Origin: a bacterium
GTDB taxonomy: Bacteria > UBA8248 > JACPRG01 > G963555815
Direction of reading: 5' to 3'
Assembly (NCBI GenBank): GCA_963555815.3
Contig: CAUVWX020000001.1
Coordinates: forward strand, 128,001-192,000
Length of the DNA: 64,000 bases
The position numbers and the translations under genes are program-made. Positions 10,085 to 19,600 of the stretch are shown in pieces (the stretch's first letter is position 1; each line of letters opens with the position of its first letter). The notes under the pieces are model-generated. The model was given only the letters and a program-made list of their open reading frames with translations. It was not told the origin of the DNA and searched no databases.

Positions 10085-10315
10085 TTGTAGCTTTTTTGTC
10101 TAACCCTAGTGCTACAAAAATGCTACAGATTCCACCAAAAACCCCCCCCCTCAGCCCAACTCAGGCCAAGAAGGGGGGATGCCATATCTCTTTAATTATC
10201 TGCCAAATAGCTTGATTTTCAACCTCTATCCGCTAACCTAATTTAGACTGGTCAGCGACTCAAAATCCCCTGGGGGGTAACTCCCGTGCGGGTTCGACTC
10301 CCGCCCCCGGCACCA
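10073..10315 (+). mobile_element. att junction 2 (attR-like: arm + core + displaced tRNA 3' half)
   Basis: Inverted TTGTAGC at 10085, TGCTACA at 10110 and 10121, IHF-like AAATAGCTTGATT, core GACTCAAAATCC. Confidence 0.85.
10257..10315 (+). tRNA. tRNA-Leu(CAA) 3' half only, variant A (non-functional fragment)
   Basis: CT-CAA-AA anticodon loop, long variable arm GGGGG-TAA-CTCCC, GCGGGTTCGACTCCCGC T-arm, acceptor strand and CCA; no D-arm or 5' strand upstream. Confidence 0.9.
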
Positions 10316-10392
10316 CATTTTAAACGGGTTCCGGGGACTGGACCTTGTGGACAATTTCTTCTGCAGAATCCTTCGCGATTAGAGAGGAGAAC

Positions 10393-10872
10393 ATGCTCAA
10401 CATCGCTCAGCTTCGGACGAACATCGTTAGGCCCACTCTGGAGGGGTCCGGTGCGCACAATCGCGCAGCCGAGAACCTCGTCCTTGGCACGGGGCTCCAG
10501 GAGAGCAATCTGCACTATCTTCACCAGCTGAACGATGGCCCAGCTCGCGGAATTTACCAGATGGAGCCCACTACACACGACGACATCTGGGAAGATTTTC
10601 TCGCGTTCCGGCGGGAGCTCAAAGACCGCGTCTCCGCCTTCCTGGTGCCAGGGCAGGACCGCATCGGCCAGCTCGTTTGGAACCTGGCCTATGCCACTGC
10701 CATGTGCCGTGTTCATTACCTGCGGGTACCGCAGAGACTGCCCGCACACGACGACATCCGCGGGCTCGCCGAGTACTGGAAGCAGCATTACAACACCCCG
10801 CATGGGCGCGGGACACCGGACGAGTTCGTCCAGAAATTCAAAGACCACGTGATCCGCACGGGCGATACCTAA
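10393..10872 (+). CDS. Phage-type lysozyme-like/transglycosylase protein
   Basis: GTGLQES (catalytic Glu-like), GPARGIYQMEP, YWKQHYNT..GRG; GAGGAG RBS. Confidence 0.65.
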   Translation: MLNIAQLRTNIVRPTLEGSGAHNRAAENLVLGTGLQESNLHYLHQLNDGPARGIYQMEPTTHDDIWEDFLAFRRELKDRVSAFLVPGQDRIGQLVWNLAYATAMCRVHYLRVPQRLPAHDDIRGLAEYWKQHYNTPHGRGTPDEFVQKFKDHVIRTGDT

Positions 10873-10946
10873 GGGAAACTTCCACGCGAGTCTTTGGAGG
10901 ACAGGGTGCGATTAACCAGAACAGTGAGCTTCAGGGTGACCACAGG

Positions 10947-11040
10947 GCTACGGAATTGCTACAGAGGGACTCAAAATCCACCGGGGGGCAACCCCCGTGT
11001 GGGTTCGACTCCCACCCCCGGCACCACAATTCAATGAGTT
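10947..11040 (+). mobile_element. att junction 3 (short arm + tRNA 3' half + IHF-like site)
   Basis: GCTACGGAATTGCTACAG matches the 3045-3062 arm; core GACTCAAAATCC; ATTCAATGAGTTA follows the CCA. Confidence 0.75.
10967..11026 (+). tRNA. tRNA-Leu(CAA) 3' half only, variant B (non-functional fragment)
   Basis: GGACTCAAAATCC, variable arm GGGGG-CAA-CCCCC, GTGGGTTCGACTCCCAC, CCCCGGCACCA. Confidence 0.9.
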
Positions 11041-11098
11041 ACATGTAAGTGTGAATGAAAAGCTCCCTGCGGGTGGGGTCGAGTGTGAAGAAAGTGTG

Positions 11099-11431
11099 AT
11101 GAACGATCTAGTCATCCTGCCCCTGAGCGGCCTCCAAGATCGCCTCCGCTTCCTCAATGGCGCCGACCTTTTCAGTCTTATCGAAAGAGCCGACCATCTG
11201 CGCCGCCTGCGCCAAGTCCTCCGGGGCTGGCTCAAGAGGGCCCGGCAGGAAGGGCTCATTTCGCCTAAAGACGAACTGCCATTTTCCAGTAAAGTGGTGC
11301 GAGTGATAGCCGGCGGGGCCGAAAGCGGCAATTTAGAACGATATCTTCGGAGGGGACCAACGGGTAGGCCGGATCGGTTTTTCCCGCGGCCGTCGGTTCC
11401 CCCCCGGATAACGCGAGGGCCGACTCCCTAG
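11099..11431 (+). CDS. Hypothetical protein, possibly a remnant
   Basis: ORF with protein-like N-terminal half (MNDLVILPLSGLQDRLRFL); no motif recognised. Confidence 0.25.
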   Translation: MNDLVILPLSGLQDRLRFLNGADLFSLIERADHLRRLRQVLRGWLKRARQEGLISPKDELPFSSKVVRVIAGGAESGNLERYLRRGPTGRPDRFFPRPSVPPRITRGPTP

Positions 11432-12402
11432 AAATGGTACTTCAGGCCCACGCTGATACCGAAAAACTCGATGTCCGATGTGGTCATACTCCCCGCGATC
11501 ATGGGGCCACTGGGATTTCCGTCTGCGTCCACTCTATCGTAGGGCGCATGACTTCGCAACGGGTCCCAGGCAAGGTTGTCACTGAAGGAACCGTATTTGA
11601 CCCAGCGGCCCTTGAGGCCTATCGACAACGCCTCCGTGAAAGCGTAATCCAAGCCGAACAGCACCTGGAACCCATAGATCGTGTTTTCGAGCGTGGTATG
11701 ACTAACGCTTGACGATCCGGCAAGGTTCTGAATGTATACGTCATTGTCGGCCAAGTCATTCCGTCCATCACGTCTCAGGCCGTCCCTGAGGTTGTCTTTA
11801 TTCAAAGTTCTCGTCCAGTTGCTGCTCCAGTCTGCTTCCGTAAACCCGACGCCGCCGCCAAGCCCGATATAGGGCGTGAAACGGCTCTTGTTGATGAAGT
11901 CGTAAAACAAGTTCCCGAACAGGTTGTGAGAGGTGATGCTGCCGAGGCGCTCATGAGGCCCATTATCGAATTCGCCACGATTAATCTTATCGAGGATTGT
12001 GCCCGATGCACTGTCAACCTTGATGGTCTGATCGTATTTCGATTCCCGGTAGAAGTATTCCAGTTCCGGTCGAAAACCGCGGAGGAAGCTGCTAGGATAT
12101 TGATCTGAAAGGCTATAGCCCACGGTTGCTCCGAACAGAATGCCCTCTCCGCCGTCAAAAATGGAATTCCAGCCCGGGATGAAACTGGCGGGGATCGACT
12201 GGTCATCGCACCCAGAGAGGCCGGGATTGAGGTACCCATCGCAATGGCTGGCTCCGTCGTTGGCGGCTCCTTCGAAGTCCGGCCCCTTGGTGAAGTTGCC
12301 TCCGATATCACTGCCGATATAGAAGCCTGTGTCAGCTTGCGCCAGACCCGGCGCGAATGCACCTACGGCAGCGAAAATCAAGAGTGAAGATATGCGTCTC
12401 AT
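11428..12402 (-). CDS. P44/Msp2-like (Opa/porin-type) outer-membrane beta-barrel protein
   Basis: Signal peptide, GFYIG, RPELEYFYR, NLFYDF..FTPYIGLGGG, terminal KYHF; RBS. Confidence 0.8.
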   Translation of the reverse strand: MRRISSLLIFAAVGAFAPGLAQADTGFYIGSDIGGNFTKGPDFEGAANDGASHCDGYLNPGLSGCDDQSIPASFIPGWNSIFDGGEGILFGATVGYSLSDQYPSSFLRGFRPELEYFYRESKYDQTIKVDSASGTILDKINRGEFDNGPHERLGSITSHNLFGNLFYDFINKSRFTPYIGLGGGVGFTEADWSSNWTRTLNKDNLRDGLRRDGRNDLADNDVYIQNLAGSSSVSHTTLENTIYGFQVLFGLDYAFTEALSIGLKGRWVKYGSFSDNLAWDPLRSHAPYDRVDADGNPSGPMIAGSMTTSDIEFFGISVGLKYHF

Positions 12403-12583
12403 CTACTGGCTTCCTCCCTTTTCACTTAGACTTACGTTAGTTAGATAGAAATCACTTACCCGCTGGGGGTAAGATAAGGCGGTCGAGCGGTGAATGTCAA
12501 CAGGAAAATGGTCATCCCCCTGAACCCATGCGCTTCAAGAAATCCTCCCTCCGGCCTGAGCGGTGGCCTTCGAGCTCCGCCCT

Positions 12584-12621
12584 GGTTCTGGGGCTGAACA
12601 AGGGTTCTGGGGCTGAACAAG
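12584..12621 (+). repeat. 19-bp perfect tandem duplication
   Basis: GGTTCTGGGGCTGAACAAG x2. Confidence 0.9.
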
Positions 12622-12721
12622 AATTGGGGATATACCCGCCCTATGCAAATCCAACACAGCCACCTACCGAACCACTCGCTGTCTGGGTCAAGAATCTTCT
12701 GAAGTTCCAGCTGGCGGCCAG

Positions 12722-13629
12722 TCACGACGTCCTTCCCTTCGTGCGTCTCACACCGCTCACAGCTGTCGGGCTTCCTCTCCACCGCCACACGACCTCCCTC
12801 ACAGGAACCACGTCCCGGCATTGGTGGCAATACCTGTTTCCGTATTCCCTGTCATTACAAAGCAAGGTGTTGCACTCTGGGCACCTTGGGACCTCTTCAT
12901 GTTTTTCTCTCTTCTCTTTCTTCAACGGGAACCTGTCCTCCCATCGCCTCTTCTTGAGAAAGCGGCTGGCGTGTGGCCATGAAGGGAAGAATTCCCCACC
13001 TTCGTCGGCCTGTTTCTCCGCCTCTTTTCTGTGACGTATCCCTTCTCGAATATCCTCCCTAAGAGCAGCATCTGGTTTCAGTCTTTTCCATTGGTTGAAG
13101 GCTTCAAACTTGTCCTCATATCTTGGATAGCTTTTCCAAAAAGCCTCAAAATATTCAGGGTATTTTTGCCTATTCATAAAAGCTCAGTCCGTTCCTTAGA
13201 ACGGACTGAGCTTTTGACCTTGACCTTAATACCTTTATGTCTCTGACCTCTGATCTCTGATCTCTGACTGGCATTGCGTTCGCATGGTTATTTTCCCCAC
13301 CTTTCTTCTGCGGCAGCTCGCGCCTTCTCACTCCTAAAGCGTTGTTTTCAGGTCTATTGTTTAATTCTATTTTGATGCCACCGCTTCTCTTTCCCTTTGG
13401 AGAAGGGGGCGAGAATCCTTCCTCGAGACTGTTTCCAACATAGAGGGGAAAATCTGGCCCATAGACGTAGTTTTCTATCGTCCTGCGGGAGCGTCCCAGG
13501 TGGCCTATCATGGCACGCCTTACACAGCAAAAGAATGTATCCCCCGACCTCCGCCGGGGTCATGGCCTCTACCAGCGGGTCGCTTGTAAGGTCCACAACA
13601 TAGAAAGGGAACCATGGTAGCTTGGCCAT
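12722..13629 (-). pseudogene. Phage replication initiator (YdaU/DUF1376-like N-domain + C-terminal domain), split
   Basis: 13354-13629 LPWFPFYVVD..MTPAEVGGYILLLC; 12722-13177 FEAFWKSYPR..K.EAF..W..HASRFL..RWED; a stop and frameshifts lie between them. Confidence 0.7.
13178..13268. repeat. 17-bp perfect inverted repeat plus 4 x 7-bp tandem repeat (candidate origin)
   Basis: AAAAGCTCAGTCCGTTC-ctta-GAACGGACTGAGCTTTT at 13178-13215; CTCTGA(C/T) x4 at 13241-13268. Confidence 0.8.
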
Positions 13630-14134
13630 TACCTACTCGGTTTAGGGGGGATCTATTCTCTCTATCCTCAACCATGGATACCCGATGTCTTTGGGGCCGA
13701 CGCGCCTGACAAGAGCGACAGGGCAGTCCGTAGATCACCACAACGCCCAACAGGTTGCAGAGAAAATGCGCCAGCGCGATCTGAAGGGCTGCGGTCTAAT
13801 TGCCGCCGGTGACCGCGTGCCATGGGTCGGGGCCACGCCTGACCCGCAGCGATGTCCGGGATTTTGGCGAGGACCATGTCGTGCCCATCGCTTCCCACGA
13901 TCACCTGCTTATGGTTCTCGGGAAGGGGTGATTCGTCCGTGGACAGGAATCGCGCGCCCAAGAGCGCATCCTCAGCGCCGAGGGCCAGCGGTCTGCCGCT
14001 GGCTGGGAGAGATTTTTTCTGTTATATGTCTGTTATATGTTTGATAAAGCTGCTATAGGGGCGTGCATGGATAAGCTGGAGATGTTTAAAGGAAGCTCAA
14101 CTGAACAAAAAAAACGGTATCGAAGCCCATCCTT

Positions 14135-14190
14135 GTGCTGGGATGACGCTCGCATTGGCAGGCAACGCCGCAGCGACCCGGCGGAAAAGG
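14135..14190 (+). pseudogene. Degenerate copy of the signal-peptide region of the 15581 OMP gene
   Basis: GTGCTGG..CGCTCGCATTGGC.GG.AACGCCGC.GC..GCGGAAA aligns to 15611-15663. Confidence 0.7.
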
Positions 14191-14206
14191 CGGGGTCGCG
14201 GATCCC

Positions 14207-14750
14207 CTAAAACGAAAAGTGGTACTTCAGGTTCACGCTGACCCCGAACATTCCCATGTCGTCTGTCTTGAGCCCACCCGACACAGGTTCGCTTAAGTCT
14301 CTGCGCAGATTAGACGGGTGACTGCGCAGAAGAGCCGGGTCGACGTAGCCATCGCTGAAGGAATCGAAGTTGACCGCAGCGCCCCTTGACCCCCAGCGTG
14401 ACCGATTCGGTGAGCGCATAGTCCAACCCGAACAGCACCTGGTAGCCGAACAGCGCGTCGGAAAGCTTGGTTGCATGAGTGCCGGCGCTTCCGGCAAGGT
14501 TCCGGCGAATCTCGTCCTTGTTGGGCAGCCCGGCGCCCGTTGCAATCGCGTCGGGGTTGGGGGTTCCGCGCCCACAGATAGCCGTAGTCCATGTCGGTAA
14601 AACCCGCGCCAACGCCAAGCCCGACGTAGGGCGTGAACCGGCTGCTGTTCAGGAAGTCGAAGTACAGGTTCCCGAACAGATTGTGCGAGGTGATGCTGCC
14701 TATGCGGTCCGTGGCCGTTATGATTTCCTTGCTCAGCTTGTCGCCGCTGG
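14207..14750 (-). pseudogene. P44/Msp2-like OMP paralogue, 5'-truncated with two frameshifts
   Basis: DRIGSITSHNLFGNLYFDF..FTPYVGLG / NLAGS..FGYQVLFGLDYALTE / LRSH..GVSVNLKYHF occur in three frames. Confidence 0.85.
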
Positions 14751-14886
14751 CCCTGCCTGCGCCGGGCTCGGCACAAAAGCCCATGTTGCGATGACGCAAA
14801 TCAACAACAAAACGTTTCGTGCCCTCCTCCTCCACAGCGTTGACAGTTGTGGAACAGGGACGGCAATATACGTGTACACCATGACG

Positions 14887-14910
14887 AGTGTACATGTGTA
14901 CATGTACACT
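14887..14910. promoter_or_regulatory. Perfect 11-2-11 palindrome, candidate operator
   Basis: AGTGTACATGT-GT-ACATGTACACT; an extra GTGTACAC at 14872. Confidence 0.5.
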
Positions 14911-15030
14911 GTATAGATGGGTGCGCCATTAGGGCGCGGCCTCGCAATCGCGGGCATCCTGCCTCCGCGTTGGGAGATGGTCGGAGCTTCAGCCGCCGGA
15001 CGATCACGGCAGGAAACGATAGGGAGCGAC

Positions 15031-15537
15031 ATGTCTTTTCGAGCGAGAATCGCCGCAGCGTTGGTCGCGGCATCGGGCGTTTTGTGCGCGGCGCAGGTCG
15101 CTGGCGCAGAGGAGAGCGGCAGCTTCAGCCTCGTCGCCAGTTATGTCCACGACTACACCACGGTGGAGCATGGGGGGAAAACCTTCGTCGGCGGCTCCTT
15201 GCGTGGGACGAACACCGTTGTCGAGAGCGACGGCGGCCCGTTCGTCGCGGGCGCGATAAGCGTCACGGCGTGCGTCGTCTACGCGAGGACGTCGGATGCC
15301 GGCATGGATCTCGATGCGCCCTGCACGAACACCGATTCCTCGGGAGACAGATGGTTCTCGCTCTCGAAGAGGACCGTGGGCGACACCGCGGTCGGCGGCG
15401 GCGGCAAGGGCCGCATGGAGCTTCTGGGCGGGGCCGGCAAGTATGCCGGCGTGACCGGGAGCTGCACCTACACGACTCGTTACCTGGCGGACAACTTGGT
15501 CGCGTCCCAGAAGAACTGCACGTGGCGCAGGCCGTAA
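15031..15537 (+). CDS. Secreted beta-rich hypothetical protein
   Basis: GGGAG RBS, signal peptide ending VAGA, GGAGKYAGVTGSC motif, four Cys in the mature part. Confidence 0.7.
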   Translation: MSFRARIAAALVAASGVLCAAQVAGAEESGSFSLVASYVHDYTTVEHGGKTFVGGSLRGTNTVVESDGGPFVAGAISVTACVVYARTSDAGMDLDAPCTNTDSSGDRWFSLSKRTVGDTAVGGGGKGRMELLGGAGKYAGVTGSCTYTTRYLADNLVASQKNCTWRRP

Positions 15538-15580
15538 AGCGAACCGGCGGCGCTCTATCTATCAGGGAGGGGAATCCACC

Positions 15581-16486
15581 ATGGGTAGGACTGTGTCAGG
15601 ACTGATTTTCGTGCTGGCGTGGGCGCTCGCATTGGCTGGTAACGCCGCGGCTGAGCGGAAAGGTTTCTATGGGAGCCTGGATCTCGGGATCGCGATACCC
15701 GAGGATGTCGAGACCTTGGCGTCGGATTCAGACGTTCCGACGAACTGTGACCAGCACTTCAGCCCGATCACTGTCAAGGGCATTCAACTACCCTTGCCGT
15801 TGAGCGACTCTAACTGCGCTCGCGGCCAGGATATATGGCAGAACGGTTTTAATCTCGAAAACGGTATCCTGGGAGGCGTCTCTTTCGGCTATGCCTGGCG
15901 AGGGTTTCGCGGCGAAGCCGAGTACTTTCATCGCGGACACAGCGGCGAAGATTCCCCGCTCGAACTTCAGAGCGGCGGCAAGGACGATGAATTCGTTGTA
16001 GCTGGGGAAAGGATCAGCGACCTTCGCGCGCATCACTTCTTCGCCAACCTCTACTACGATTTCCAAAGCCTATGGCCCAGGGTGATACCTTACGTGGGCG
16101 CGGGCGTCGGCGCGGCGCGCGTGAAGATGAACTATTCGGCGAAATTCCAGAGAAATGCGGATCAGTCCGTGATCAGCGGACTGGGGCGACATCCCGAGGC
16201 CGCGGGCACGCTTACGTTCTCCGAGGCGGAGCTGTCCGACACCTTGTGGGCCTGGCAGTGGATGGTGGGTCTCGATTACGTGCTGACCGAACGGTTCTCC
16301 GTGGGAGTGAAAGGACGCTACGCGGCGGTTTTCGGAGGTGATTTCAAAGACGGCCACCCATGGGACCGATTGAGAAGCCACGCTTCCACGATCGGGCCGA
16401 ACGGCGACACCGTCGCCTATAACGTCGAGCTCGACAATGGGTTGGACCTCTGGGGCATTTCCTTGAACATCAAGTATTTCTTCTGA
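15581..16486 (+). CDS. P44/Msp2-like outer-membrane beta-barrel protein
   Basis: Signal peptide, GFYGSLDLG, RGEAEYFHR, NLYYDF..PYVGAGVG, WDRLRSH, terminal KYFF. Confidence 0.8.
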   Translation: MGRTVSGLIFVLAWALALAGNAAAERKGFYGSLDLGIAIPEDVETLASDSDVPTNCDQHFSPITVKGIQLPLPLSDSNCARGQDIWQNGFNLENGILGGVSFGYAWRGFRGEAEYFHRGHSGEDSPLELQSGGKDDEFVVAGERISDLRAHHFFANLYYDFQSLWPRVIPYVGAGVGAARVKMNYSAKFQRNADQSVISGLGRHPEAAGTLTFSEAELSDTLWAWQWMVGLDYVLTERFSVGVKGRYAAVFGGDFKDGHPWDRLRSHASTIGPNGDTVAYNVELDNGLDLWGISLNIKYFF

Positions 16487-16711
16487 ACAAGAGGCCCGGT
16501 CCTCATTACATTGTCGAGTCGGGCGAGAAGCTACGTCCCGGATGTCGAGCGGAGAGTCGGGATCCGTCGCTGGGTCGTCATTCAGGCTCAAGCATGATGT
16601 GACTCAATCAACAGATCCCAGAGGGCGGGTTTGCCATGATTTCACTCTGTGTCCGACAGGCAGCATGAAGGAAGAATAGACAACCTCAGTAATCATTAAA
16701 GAAAAAGAGCC

Positions 16712-19363
16712 ATGCCCTACGAAAAAGGCTTCCTTAGAAAATGCCTGCTTACCGGATTCATCGTCTGCATACCGGCTCTTGGATGGGGCCCGGGAGTTTC
16801 GGCTGAGGAACACGAAAGCGGTTCCGCCGCCGCTCCGCACGCTCTCGAGGAAGTGGTGATTGTCGGAACCAGACTCGAGGGAAGAAGCGTTACGGATTCC
16901 CCCGTGCCGGTGGACGTTATCAGGCAGGAGGAGATTCTGAAAACAGGGCAACTCGAAGTGGGCCGGGCCATTCAGAGACTGATCCCTTCGTTCAATTTCT
17001 CAAGCTCTTCGATAAGCGACGGGACGGACGCCCTGCGCCCCGCGACGCTGAGAGGGATGGGACCGGACCAGGTGCTTGTCCTGGTGAACGGAAAGCGACG
17101 CCACGGCAGCGCGCTCATCCACGTCAACAGGTCAGTCGGACGCGGCACCGCGGGCACCGACCTGAACGCGATACCCCTCGGCGCGATCAAGCGCATAGAA
17201 GTCCTGCGGGACGGGGCCTCCGCGCAGTATGGTTCGGACGCTATCGCCGGCGTCATCAACATCATCCTCAAGGACGATGACGAGGGAGGGGTCCGCGCCT
17301 CTTATGGAACGACCTACGAGGGAGACGGCGATCATTACGTCGTAAGCCTCGACAAGGGATTCAAGATCGGAAAGGACGGGATGTTGCACGCGACTTTCGA
17401 GTATCGCGACCGGGAGCGGACCAACCGGGCGGGGCTGAGCGGCGCCATCCAGTACCCCGACACCATGACATGCAGTCTGAGCGCTTGTGAAACCTCTGAC
17501 CTTCCCAACAAGGCCGACCTTCTCGGAAACAACCCCGATAACACCACGGTCATTCTGAACGATCCAGGCGATAAAGAGAAGAATTTCAACCGTCGCAACT
17601 TCCGCATTGGGGATGCCGATTCGGAACAGTTCAGCGGCGCGCTCAACTTCGAACAACCCATCGACGCGCTCTGGAGCGGGGCCGAGCTCTATTCCTTTGC
17701 CGATGTGTCAAGGAGGAAGAACGAAAGCGGCGGCTTCTATAGAAGGGCAAACCAGGATGATCGAAACCCACCGGGCTCAAGCTACCCGGACGGATTTCTG
17801 CCGCTGATCAACACGACGATCTGGGACTTCTCGTTCGGCGCGGGCCTCATCAGAGAGTTCGGGAACGGACTCAAATCCGATCTGGGAGTGGTGCACGGAG
17901 GAAACACGTTCAATTTCGAGATCACGAACTCCCATAACGCCTCGTGGGTCAACTGCCGTCTCGAAAATCCTATTCGTATGGGAGATTGTGAGGGTTTCTC
18001 TGGCTCCGGCGTGGCGCCGACTTCCGCGGACTCAGGAAGCCTGGGCCTCTACCTCACCACCGTCAACCTAGATTTCTCCCTGCCGGTGCCGGACAAGAAC
18101 CTGAACCTGGCATGGGGCACGGAATACAGGAGAAACAACTACCGGATCGACGCCGGGGAAGAGTATTCGTATGCGGATTACGACGGGTCAGGGGGCGCAG
18201 CTCCAGGCATTCAGGTCTTTCCAGGATTCGGGCCCGCCACCGAGGTGGACGAGTCGAGGCACGCCTTTTCCTTTTACACGGACGCTGAGATGTCCTTGAA
18301 TCAGATAGGCGGTTTCGATAAGGTCATGGTCAGACCAGCAGTGCGCTATGAGCACTACAGCGACTTCGGCCATACCGTCAACGGCAAACTGGCCACGAAA
18401 CTGGATCTCTCCAGAGAATTCGCGTTGCGAGGCTCGATGAGCAGCGGGTTCCGGGCGCCTTCGATGCAGCAATTCTACTTCAGCAGCCTGAGCACCCAAT
18501 TTATCACCAGGGGGGAGCAAACGGTTGCTGAGGAGGTCGGCACATTCAGGAACAACAGCGCCGCGGCAAAAGCCATCGGCATACCCGAGCTCAAGCAGGA
18601 AACCACGATCAACCTTAGCGGCGGTTTCGTATATACGCCGTTTCCCTCCCTCACCCTCACCACGGACTTCTACCTCATTGCGGTGAAGGACAGGATCATT
18701 CTCAGCGGAACGGTGAGGAAGGAATTTCTTTCGGCCGATGTCATTACTGAACTCGATCGCGTGGGCGCCGGCGAGGGACAGTTCTTCATAAATGCGGCGG
18801 ATACCGAGACCCGGGGGCTGGATATCGTCGCCTCGTGGGACGTGCCGCCCATGCCGCGGGGAAACCTGAACCTCAGTTTTCTCGGATCTATCATGGAAAC
18901 CAAGGTCAAGTCGGTGAATCTGCCTGCGGGTCTTCCATCCGAGCTGTTTACCGCCCGGGACCGCTCCATCATCGAAGAATGGCAACCCAAGAGCCGCTTC
19001 ACGCTGTCCGGGTTGTACGAACTAGGCCAGTTCGCGGCCTCGGTGGCGGTTCACCGCTACGGCGAGTATAAGGTGACGAACGATGACGGAAACGTCAAGC
19101 AGAAGTTCGACTCCAAATACCTCACCGATGCCCAGCTCAGCTACGACTTCGGACTATTCGGGATTCTGAAGCTCGGAGCCAACAACCTGTTCGACGTCAC
19201 GCCGGACGAAGACACGATTGACGCGTCCAGGGGAGGTCGGATCATTGACCGTCAGGGCAATCTCATCGTGGACACCCCAGACGTGTTCACATACTCGCGC
19301 CGGTCCGCGCCCTTCGGTTTCAACGGCGGGTTTTACTACGTGGCCTTCGAGTACAACTTTTAG
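16712..19363 (+). CDS. TonB-dependent receptor
   Basis: LEEVVIVGTR TonB box, plug motifs LVLVNGKR and RIEVLRDGASAQYGSDAIAGVINII, terminal YNF. Confidence 0.95.
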   Translation: MPYEKGFLRKCLLTGFIVCIPALGWGPGVSAEEHESGSAAAPHALEEVVIVGTRLEGRSVTDSPVPVDVIRQEEILKTGQLEVGRAIQRLIPSFNFSSSSISDGTDALRPATLRGMGPDQVLVLVNGKRRHGSALIHVNRSVGRGTAGTDLNAIPLGAIKRIEVLRDGASAQYGSDAIAGVINIILKDDDEGGVRASYGTTYEGDGDHYVVSLDKGFKIGKDGMLHATFEYRDRERTNRAGLSGAIQYPDTMTCSLSACETSDLPNKADLLGNNPDNTTVILNDPGDKEKNFNRRNFRIGDADSEQFSGALNFEQPIDALWSGAELYSFADVSRRKNESGGFYRRANQDDRNPPGSSYPDGFLPLINTTIWDFSFGAGLIREFGNGLKSDLGVVHGGNTFNFEITNSHNASWVNCRLENPIRMGDCEGFSGSGVAPTSADSGSLGLYLTTVNLDFSLPVPDKNLNLAWGTEYRRNNYRIDAGEEYSYADYDGSGGAAPGIQVFPGFGPATEVDESRHAFSFYTDAEMSLNQIGGFDKVMVRPAVRYEHYSDFGHTVNGKLATKLDLSREFALRGSMSSGFRAPSMQQFYFSSLSTQFITRGEQTVAEEVGTFRNNSAAAKAIGIPELKQETTINLSGGFVYTPFPSLTLTTDFYLIAVKDRIILSGTVRKEFLSADVITELDRVGAGEGQFFINAADTETRGLDIVASWDVPPMPRGNLNLSFLGSIMETKVKSVNLPAGLPSELFTARDRSIIEEWQPKSRFTLSGLYELGQFAASVAVHRYGEYKVTNDDGNVKQKFDSKYLTDAQLSYDFGLFGILKLGANNLFDVTPDEDTIDASRGGRIIDRQGNLIVDTPDVFTYSRRSAPFGFNGGFYYVAFEYNF

Positions 19364-19562
19364 GCTGGAAGATACGGCGGTCCGTGTTGCGGGCGTTCCC
19401 GCTGTCCCAGGAGGGCGGCCGCTCGCAGTCCTAAGAGGCACATGGAAGCGAACTGCCGATCGCGCTGGCCTGCCTGCCGGTCGATTCTGGTGACACCATC
19501 CTCAATGAATGATTTTCGGATTGCTGCGCCCCCTGCTGAAACCATGCAGGGGCAGGCTCTCG

Positions 19563-19589
19563 GTCATTCCTGCGCAAGCAGGAATCCAG
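19563..19589 (+). repeat. REP-like palindrome
   Basis: GTCATTCCTGC-GCAA-GCAGGAATCCAG directly upstream of the Y1 transposase remnant. Confidence 0.7.
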
Positions 19590-19600
19590 AGCGTCCGTGC

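Noticed and set aside
10257..11026. Functional tRNA-Leu genes or a tRNA split by a group I intron
   Set aside because: Both are 3' halves with no 5' acceptor strand or D-arm in the window; the upstream sequence is att arm and no intron core was recognised.
12420..12455. TTAG-rich operator upstream of the OMP gene
   Set aside because: Dyad symmetry is too weak to call.
16487..16711. Cobalamin riboswitch before the TonB receptor
   Set aside because: No B12-box or GGGAA/GCCACTG-type motifs were found.
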